Notes under the pieces: generated by a model | The model's database searches: none | What the model was told of the DNA's origin: nothing | Seen by the model: the letters and a program-made list of their open reading frames with translations, nothing else | Part shown: positions 46,060 through 51,748 of the stretch, one piece after another | Position numbering within the stretch: the stretch's first letter is position 1 | Layout of the letters: every line of letters starts with the position of its first letter | DNA from: Acidimicrobiia bacterium | Lineage (GTDB): Bacteria; Actinomycetota; Acidimicrobiia; Spongiisociales; ZC4RG35 | Assembly (NCBI GenBank): GCA_036396635.1 | Contig: DASWKM010000178.1 | Coordinates: forward strand, 1-51,748 | DNA: 51,748 nt | Reading direction: 5' to 3' | Translations under genes and position numbers: made by a program

Positions 46060-47417
46060 GAATCCCGGACGGGCGCATCCATTTGATCGGCGCCGGGGGA
46101 GCGGGCATGAGCGCAATAGCCAAGGTGCTCCTCGCCAGGGGTCACCAGCTGTCAGGATCGGATCTGCGTGGAGGTGCTGCCCTCGACTCCCTGGCAGATC
46201 TGGGGATCGAGGTGCTCACCGGTCACAACCCCGAGATTGTCAGCGGCGCGGCACTGGTGGTGGCCTCGTCGGCGGTGCCCGAGTATGACGAGGAGCTGAT
46301 GGCGGCGCGGGAGGCGGGGATACCGACATGGCGTCGACCTGAGCTGTTGTCCGCCCTGACGTCGCAGATTCCCACGATCGGTGCAACGGGAACACACGGA
46401 AAGACCACCACCACCGCGTTGTTGGTCACCGCACTTCAAAAGATGGGTGAGGATCCCTCATTCATCGTAGGTGGCGATCTCGTGGAGCTGTCCACCAATG
46501 GCCATTTCGGGCAGACGAACCTCCTGGTCCTGGAGGCCGACGAGGCGTTTCGAACCTTCGAGAGCCTCCATCTGGAGGGGCTGGTGATCACCAACGTTGA
46601 GCACGAGCATGTCGATCACTTCGGGACCATCGACGAGCTCGTCGAGAGCTTCATCACCGTTGCTCGCCGCGTGTCCGGGCCAGTTCTCTGCTGCATAGAC
46701 GATGGGGGAGCGCGTCGTGTCTCCCACGCCGCATCCACTCTGACCTATGGGTTCTCCCCTGAGGCCGATTGGCGAATTGGTGACCTGAGCACCGGTTCGG
46801 CTGGTATCGCCTTCACAATCGAGGGGAGCTCGGGGGTCGCGAAGGTGACGTTGCCGCAGCCCGGCCGTCATCTCGCGCTGAATGCCGCCGGGGCCCTTGC
46901 CCTGTTGGTCGAGATGGGTCGTGACCTGGACCGGGCAGCGGCAGCGATGTCTTCGTTTCGCGGTGTCGGTCGGCGCTGGGAGCACAAGGGGACCGTTGGC
47001 GGGGTGATCCTATTCGATGACTATGCCCATCACCCAACAGAGGTGAATGCGGTGCTCGACGCAGCGAAAGGTGCCGCGCCTGGTCGTATCTGGGCCGTGT
47101 TCCAGCCACATCTGTACAGCCGCACCGAGCGCTTCAGCAAGGAATTCGGGGCCGCGCTGGCCGGAGCGGACGTCGTAGTGGTGACGGATGTCTTCGGTGC
47201 GCGTGAGGAGCCGGTACCCGGCATCACCGGCGAGTTGGTTGCCGAGGCGGCCCGCAGCTCGGGGGGAGAGGTCCACTATGTCCCGCACCGGTATGACCTC
47301 GCCGAGTTCCTGGCACCCCTGGTTGAGCCTGGTGACCTGGTCCTGAGCATGGGCGCAGGAGACATCACCCTCCTTCACGCCGAGCTGGCCCCGATGCTGG
47401 TCACCCGAAATGGGTGA
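46056..47417 (+). CDS. murC: UDP-N-acetylmuramate--L-alanine ligase
   Basis: IHLIGAGGAGMSAIAKVLL, GATGTHGKTTTT, DDYAHHPTEV. ATGA overlap with murG. Confidence 0.93.
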   Translation: MRIPDGRIHLIGAGGAGMSAIAKVLLARGHQLSGSDLRGGAALDSLADLGIEVLTGHNPEIVSGAALVVASSAVPEYDEELMAAREAGIPTWRRPELLSALTSQIPTIGATGTHGKTTTTALLVTALQKMGEDPSFIVGGDLVELSTNGHFGQTNLLVLEADEAFRTFESLHLEGLVITNVEHEHVDHFGTIDELVESFITVARRVSGPVLCCIDDGGARRVSHAASTLTYGFSPEADWRIGDLSTGSAGIAFTIEGSSGVAKVTLPQPGRHLALNAAGALALLVEMGRDLDRAAAAMSSFRGVGRRWEHKGTVGGVILFDDYAHHPTEVNAVLDAAKGAAPGRIWAVFQPHLYSRTERFSKEFGAALAGADVVVVTDVFGAREEPVPGITGELVAEAARSSGGEVHYVPHRYDLAEFLAPLVEPGDLVLSMGAGDITLLHAELAPMLVTRNG

Positions 47418-48309
47418 GCTCACCGATCTGATCGCTTCGGGTCTCGTCCGCCGCGGTGAGCCGTTGGGCCCGCTGACTACCTACAAGGCCGGCGGACCAG
47501 CCAGCTATTACGCCGAGATCGACTCCGAGGCTGCGCTGCGGCAGCTGATCTCCAGTGGTCTCCCCATGCACCACCCGACGCTTGTCCTGGGCCGGGGCTC
47601 GAATCTCGTGGTCGCCGACCAGGGGTTCGACGGGCTCGTGATCAGGCTTGGCGGTGAATTCATGGAAGCTGCATTCGACGATGACGTTGTCACCGCCGGC
47701 GGGGGAGTCCCACTTCCGCGTCTTGCCCGGCAAACGGTGGAAGCGGGGCTGTTGGGTCTCGAGTTCTTCGTTGGCGTCCCCGGGTCGGTGGGTGGGGCCG
47801 TCCGTCAGAACGCCGGTTGTTTCGGTGTCGAGGTCAAGGACCGGTTGGTCGGTGCGGTCGTCACCGACCTGCATAGCGGTGTCACCCGGACCGTGGATGC
47901 CATCTCGCTCGGGCTCGGATACCGCCATTCCAACATCGCGTCACAAGATGTCGTCGTGTCGGCGTCGTTCAAAGGTCATAAGGGGTATCCCGAGGTCGGA
48001 AGGCGCCTGATGCGCGAGATCACGAGGTGGCGGCGGGATCACCAGCCGGGGGGGACACTCAACGCCGGGAGCGTGTTCAAGAATCCAGAGGGCATCTCGG
48101 CCGGCGAGCTGATCGACAAGCTCGGTCTGAAGGGGACCCGCGTGGGCGATGTCGCCGTCTCCGACAAGCATGCCAACTTCTTCGTCGCCGGCCCGAATGC
48201 GACATCCGCGGAGATACGTCGTCTCGTCGAGGTGGTGAAAGACGCGGTGATGGAGAAGACCGGGACCATCCTGGAGCCGGAGATCCAGTTCGTCGGATTC
48301 GAAGAATGA
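47410..48309 (+). CDS. murB: UDP-N-acetylenolpyruvoylglucosamine reductase
   Basis: FAD-binding N-terminus (LGRGSNLVV), GVPGSVGGAVRQNAG, GSVFKNP. Confidence 0.92.
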   Translation: MGELTDLIASGLVRRGEPLGPLTTYKAGGPASYYAEIDSEAALRQLISSGLPMHHPTLVLGRGSNLVVADQGFDGLVIRLGGEFMEAAFDDDVVTAGGGVPLPRLARQTVEAGLLGLEFFVGVPGSVGGAVRQNAGCFGVEVKDRLVGAVVTDLHSGVTRTVDAISLGLGYRHSNIASQDVVVSASFKGHKGYPEVGRRLMREITRWRRDHQPGGTLNAGSVFKNPEGISAGELIDKLGLKGTRVGDVAVSDKHANFFVAGPNATSAEIRRLVEVVKDAVMEKTGTILEPEIQFVGFEE

Positions 48310-49049
48310 GCATCGACCCAAGACTTGGAGAGCGACGGAAGGTCGTCGCCGAGCAGAACGCTCAGCGAAACGTGAGCAGGCTTCTCCGTTTTCTGCTGGT
48401 GGTGGTGGGAGTCGGGGGACTGGTCTGGATTGCATTCTCACCGTGGCTGAGTGTCAGTCGGGTGCAGGCCACGGGCATCATCGCCAGCAACGGTCACTCG
48501 ACCCTCGTCGATCATCGAGTCGTGGCCGGTACCCCAATGATTCGCATCAACGCCGCGGGTGTTGAGAGGTCGCTATTGGAGGATCCCTGGATATCTGCGG
48601 CCAGTGTCGAGCTCGATTGGCCGGATCAGGTCTTGGTCGAAGTGGTCGAGCGCACGCCGGTCGCCTGGGCCAACACGTCCTCGGGTTGGGCGCGGCGGGC
48701 CATCGATGGAGTCGCCCTCCCCTCCGATCCGATACCTGACGAGACCATGGCTCGCATCGACTTCCCGACCATGAGTGAGTCCGAGGCGACCACGTCGGCC
48801 GAAATGCTGGGTGCCCTGGCCTTCGTCGACTCTCTCCCCGAAGGGCTCCTTCAGGGAACCGTCGTGACGATTCACGACAGCGATGTGTGGGCCACCGTGT
48901 CGGGGTTCCAGGTTCGGCTGGGGAGAGCGGTGGAGATGAGAGAGAAGGCGCTCAGTCTGGCCGCACTCCTCAACGAGGACATGCCCGATTCCTCGGTGCT
49001 GATTCTCATCGCACCAACCAATCCCGCCATCATGACCCCCGACCCGTAG
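48306..49049 (+). CDS. ftsQ: Cell division protein FtsQ (POTRA domain)
   Basis: ATGA overlap with murB, single TM (LLRFLLVVVGVGGLVWIAF), POTRA-like SRVQATGI. Located directly upstream of ftsZ. Confidence 0.8.
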   Translation: MSIDPRLGERRKVVAEQNAQRNVSRLLRFLLVVVGVGGLVWIAFSPWLSVSRVQATGIIASNGHSTLVDHRVVAGTPMIRINAAGVERSLLEDPWISAASVELDWPDQVLVEVVERTPVAWANTSSGWARRAIDGVALPSDPIPDETMARIDFPTMSESEATTSAEMLGALAFVDSLPEGLLQGTVVTIHDSDVWATVSGFQVRLGRAVEMREKALSLAALLNEDMPDSSVLILIAPTNPAIMTPDP

Positions 49050-49089
49050 CATGGGGCGGAGGAGCCCGCCGGGGGCATCGGTGATGATT

Positions 49090-49152
49090 CCTAAGTCTCA
49101 ACTAGAGGCTTAGGCATTGGGGGTTTACTTTGTCCCCGGGCAACGGTAAACC
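49090..49152 (+). promoter_or_regulatory. Two hairpins in the AT-rich ftsQ-ftsZ spacer (putative ftsZ leader/promoter region)
   Basis: CCTAAG (49090-49095) pairs with CTTAGG (49109-49114). GGTTTAC (49122-49128) pairs with GTAAACC (49146-49152), around an internal CCCGGG. The local GC content is visibly lower than the surrounding sequence. Confidence 0.35.
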
Positions 49153-49185
49153 TCCACTTTAACGTTTGACTTTCTGGAGGATCCC

Positions 49186-50232
49186 GTGAGCAATGGCAGT
49201 GGTGGCTATATGGCCGTGATCAAGGTGGTGGGAATAGGGGGCGGTGGTGTCAACGCCGTCAACCGCATGGTCGACGCCGGGGTGAGAGGTGTCGAGTTCG
49301 TGGCCCTGAACACCGACGCCCAAGCGCTGCTGATGAGTGATGCCGATGTCAAGCTCGACATAGGTCGTGAGGTGACCAGGGGTCTCGGCGCAGGAGCGAA
49401 CCCCGAGATAGGCAGGGCTGCGGCAGAGGAGCACCGTGCCGAGCTCGAGGACGTGCTGAAGGGCTCCGACATGGTCTTCATCACCGCAGGCGAAGGTGGT
49501 GGCACCGGCACCGGCGGAGCGCCGATCGTGGCTGAGGTTGCCAGGTCGGTGGGTGCCCTCACGGTAGGTGTCGTTACCAGGCCGTTTGGCTTCGAAGGCC
49601 GTCGTCGCGCGGTTCACGCCGAGCAGGGGATCGATGCCCTGCGGGAGGCAGTGGACACGCTGATCGTGATCCCCAATGACCGGCTCTTGGAGGTGGGCGA
49701 TCCGGCGGCACCGATGGCGGATACTTTCCGTCTCGCCGATGACGTGCTCATGAACGGCGTCACCGGGATCACGGACCTCATCACCACACCGGGTTTGATC
49801 AACGTCGACTTCGCCGACGTGCGCACGATCATGGCGGATGCCGGGACCGCGGTCATGGGCATCGGCCGAGCCACCGGGGAAAACCGCGCTCGTCAGGCGG
49901 CAGAGCGAGCCATCGCCTCGCCCATGCTCGAGGCCTCGATGGATGGTGCGAAAGGCGTGCTCCTCAGTGTCTCCGGCCCGACATCCATGACACTCCACGA
50001 GGCCACGGAAGCGGCCAGGGTGGTCTCTGACCACGCCGATGGCGACGGTGACATCATCTTTGGGGCGATCATCGACGATGACTTGGGTGAGGAGATGAAG
50101 GTGACGGTGATCGCTGCCGGGTTCGACCCGCGACGGCGGCCAAACCGAGTACAGGGCCGTTATCTCGACGATTCCTACGAGTCCTCGTTGGGGGACGACA
50201 CACTCGACATTCCGAGCTTCGTGCAGGGATGA
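49186..50232 (+). CDS. ftsZ: Cell division GTPase FtsZ
   Basis: [29 protein letters not shown] and the C-terminal peptide DIPSFV. The GTG start is preceded by GGAGG at 6 nt. Confidence 0.97.
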   Translation: MSNGSGGYMAVIKVVGIGGGGVNAVNRMVDAGVRGVEFVALNTDAQALLMSDADVKLDIGREVTRGLGAGANPEIGRAAAEEHRAELEDVLKGSDMVFITAGEGGGTGTGGAPIVAEVARSVGALTVGVVTRPFGFEGRRRAVHAEQGIDALREAVDTLIVIPNDRLLEVGDPAAPMADTFRLADDVLMNGVTGITDLITTPGLINVDFADVRTIMADAGTAVMGIGRATGENRARQAAERAIASPMLEASMDGAKGVLLSVSGPTSMTLHEATEAARVVSDHADGDGDIIFGAIIDDDLGEEMKVTVIAAGFDPRRRPNRVQGRYLDDSYESSLGDDTLDIPSFVQG

Positions 50233-50852
50233 TCCGGCTCCCCGGCTGGAACGGGGCGGCTTTCAGCGAAGGCTCCGATGGGGACCTCCGCAACGACGAC
50301 GAGGCCCGGTCCCGTTTCAGCGCGGCACTCGGACTTGCCAGAGAATGGGCCGTCATCCACCAGGTGCATGGCCACGAGGTCATCCGGGTGGACGCAGCAG
50401 GCGTGGCCGGCCATGCCGACGCCCTGTGGACCACCGAGCCTGGGCTTCCTCTGGCCGTGTTCACCGCCGACTGCTTCGGTGTCGTGCTGGGCTCGCCGGG
50501 TGCCGTGGGGGTGGCCCACGCCGGCTGGCGAGGGGTCAGATCCGGTGTGGTCGGCGCCCTGCGAGAGGAGATGGCCATGAACGGTCACCAGCCGATCAAC
50601 GCCGTGGTAGGCCCCGGGATCCGCTCTTGTTGCTTCGAGGTCGGGCCTGAGGTTGCCGAGGGATTCCCACAGCACCAGGCCATGACCACCTGGGGCACGA
50701 CGTCGGTGGACCTCCCCGCCGGGATCTCGGCCCAATTGGCCGGATCGGTCGTCTGGTCGGTCGACTTCTGCACGTTTCACGATGTCGGGTGGTTCAGTCA
50801 CCGGAGGGAACGGACGCCGAAGCGCCTGGCGTCGGTCGGATGGGTCCCATGA
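50229..50852 (+). CDS. pgeF: Peptidoglycan editing factor PgeF (YfiH/DUF152, laccase-domain protein)
   Basis: [26 protein letters not shown] and a C-terminal CTF...FSHRRE. ATGA overlap with ftsZ. Confidence 0.88.
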   Translation: MIRLPGWNGAAFSEGSDGDLRNDDEARSRFSAALGLAREWAVIHQVHGHEVIRVDAAGVAGHADALWTTEPGLPLAVFTADCFGVVLGSPGAVGVAHAGWRGVRSGVVGALREEMAMNGHQPINAVVGPGIRSCCFEVGPEVAEGFPQHQAMTTWGTTSVDLPAGISAQLAGSVVWSVDFCTFHDVGWFSHRRERTPKRLASVGWVP

Positions 50853-51514
50853 GCTATGAGATCGTCATGACCAGGGTGGCCGCGGCTGCCGAGAGATCGG
50901 GTAGGACGCCCGAGGCCGTGACCCTGGTGGCGGTGTCCAAGACCATGACACCAGAGCAGATCATGGCCGTGTACCAGCTCGGGCATCGTGACTTCGGGGA
51001 GAACCGCTCTCAGGAGCTGATTCTCAAGGTTCCCGTGCTGCCTGATGACATTCGCTGGCATTTCGTCGGCAGGCTCCAGTCGAACAAGGCGCGCTCGATC
51101 CGGGGTGTGACCCATCTGCTTCACTCGATGGACCGTCGATCCCTGGGCTCAGCCTGGATGAAGGGGCTGGGGCCACCGCCCCCCGTCCTCGCCCAGGTCA
51201 ATATCGGGGAGGAGCCCCAGAAATCGGGTGTGGCACCCTCGAAGCTTGTCGAGTCCATCGCCTGGATGACGGCGCTGGGGCTCGATGTGAGGGGCCTGAT
51301 GACCATCCCTCCCGTTCCGGTGAGACCCGAGGACAGTCGTGCCCACTTTCGCAATCTTCGCCTCCTGCGCGACGAGATCGCAGCCGACTATCCCGGAGTC
51401 AACGATTTGTCCATGGGCATGACCGACGATTTCGAGGTGGCCATCGAAGAAGGTGCTTCGATCATTCGGGTGGGAAGGGCTATCTTTGGGCCACGCAAAT
51501 CAACCGGAGCGTGA
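50849..51514 (+). CDS. yggS: YggS-family pyridoxal-phosphate homeostasis protein
   Basis: VTLVAVSKT (PLP Lys), FGENRSQE, HFVGRLQSNK, SMGMTDDFEVAIEEGASIIRVGRAIFG. ATGA overlap with pgeF. Confidence 0.9.
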   Translation: MSYEIVMTRVAAAAERSGRTPEAVTLVAVSKTMTPEQIMAVYQLGHRDFGENRSQELILKVPVLPDDIRWHFVGRLQSNKARSIRGVTHLLHSMDRRSLGSAWMKGLGPPPPVLAQVNIGEEPQKSGVAPSKLVESIAWMTALGLDVRGLMTIPPVPVRPEDSRAHFRNLRLLRDEIAADYPGVNDLSMGMTDDFEVAIEEGASIIRVGRAIFGPRKSTGA

Positions 51515-51748
51515 ATGTCTTCACTGTTCTCGAAAGCACTCGTCTATCTGGGGCTGGTGGACGAGGATCAAATCGAGGCCGAGGCCGCCGAGCTGGCCAA
51601 CTCTTATAACAACCACGGAGAGGGGATGGGCCAGCCACGACAGGTGGAGAATTACGTGGAAGGTCGTCGGGTCGAGCCTCCCTCGTTGTCGAGAGGTGGG
51701 GCGGCACGACCCAGGAGGGTTGAGCCACCCGCCTCCGGTGGATTGTCG
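51515..51748 (+). CDS. sepF: Cell division protein SepF, N-terminal part (runs off the window)
   Basis: The ATG immediately follows the yggS TGA. MSSLFSKALVYLGLVDED is the typical SepF membrane-targeting N-terminus, followed by a low-complexity linker. No stop occurs before the window end. Confidence 0.75.
   Translation, partial: MSSLFSKALVYLGLVDEDQIEAEAAELANSYNNHGEGMGQPRQVENYVEGRRVEPPSLSRGGAARPRRVEPPASGGLS

Overview
This is a high-GC, gene-dense chromosomal window with almost no unassigned space. Several markers point to an Actinomycetota genome, possibly an Acidimicrobiia-like lineage (inference only): an ftsA-less dcw cluster ending in sepF, a DUF3040 gene, an Rv2191-type DnaQ/GIY-YIG fusion, and tandem CNNM/CorC genes.

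Gene order:
(i) 1-5858, minus strand: a complete System I cytochrome c maturation operon, ccmG-(Lgt-like)-ccmA-B-C-D-E-F-ccmH (ccmH partial).
(ii) An exonuclease/GIY-YIG fusion, a TrmH-family methyltransferase that reads as frameshifted, a nitroreductase, a USP/CBS protein and an alpha/beta hydrolase.
(iii) A four-gene osmoprotectant-type ABC importer.
(iv) Two tandem CNNM/CorC genes. The second seems to need a non-canonical start codon.
(v) Two compact operons of unknown function: Cys4 mini-protein / membrane protein / metallophosphoesterase, and SRPBCC / ArsA-HSP20 / 63-aa ORF / DUF1232.
(vi) An aminotransferase, a threonine aldolase, and fabD-fabH-fabG-acpP.
(vii) Membrane proteins, a histidine-phosphatase-family protein, dinB, DUF3040 and a MerR-type regulator.
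(viii) A MoxR-DUF58-transglutaminase triad.
(ix) Two orphan ORFs plus an HNH protein.
(x) A full dcw cluster: mraZ-rsmH-ftsL-ftsI-murE-mraY-murD-ftsW-murG-murC-murB-ftsQ-ftsZ-pgeF-yggS-sepF (sepF partial, murF absent).

I saw no rRNA, tRNA, CRISPR array, transposase or prophage genes. I also do not see a clear-cut new multi-gene machine or defence island. The best candidates for unexplored biology are:
- the ArsA/Get3-HSP20 four-gene module with a CTAG-palindrome-rich leader;
- the divergent, Cys-bearing Lgt-like gene embedded in a System I ccm operon, which is itself unexpected in this phylum;
- the orphan pair + HNH between the MoxR triad and mraZ;
- cis-elements around mraZ/rsmH: MraZ-box promoter, a 13-bp tandem repeat, and a 17-bp perfect inverted repeat that sequesters the rsmH start.

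All family calls come from motif recognition by eye. No database search was run.
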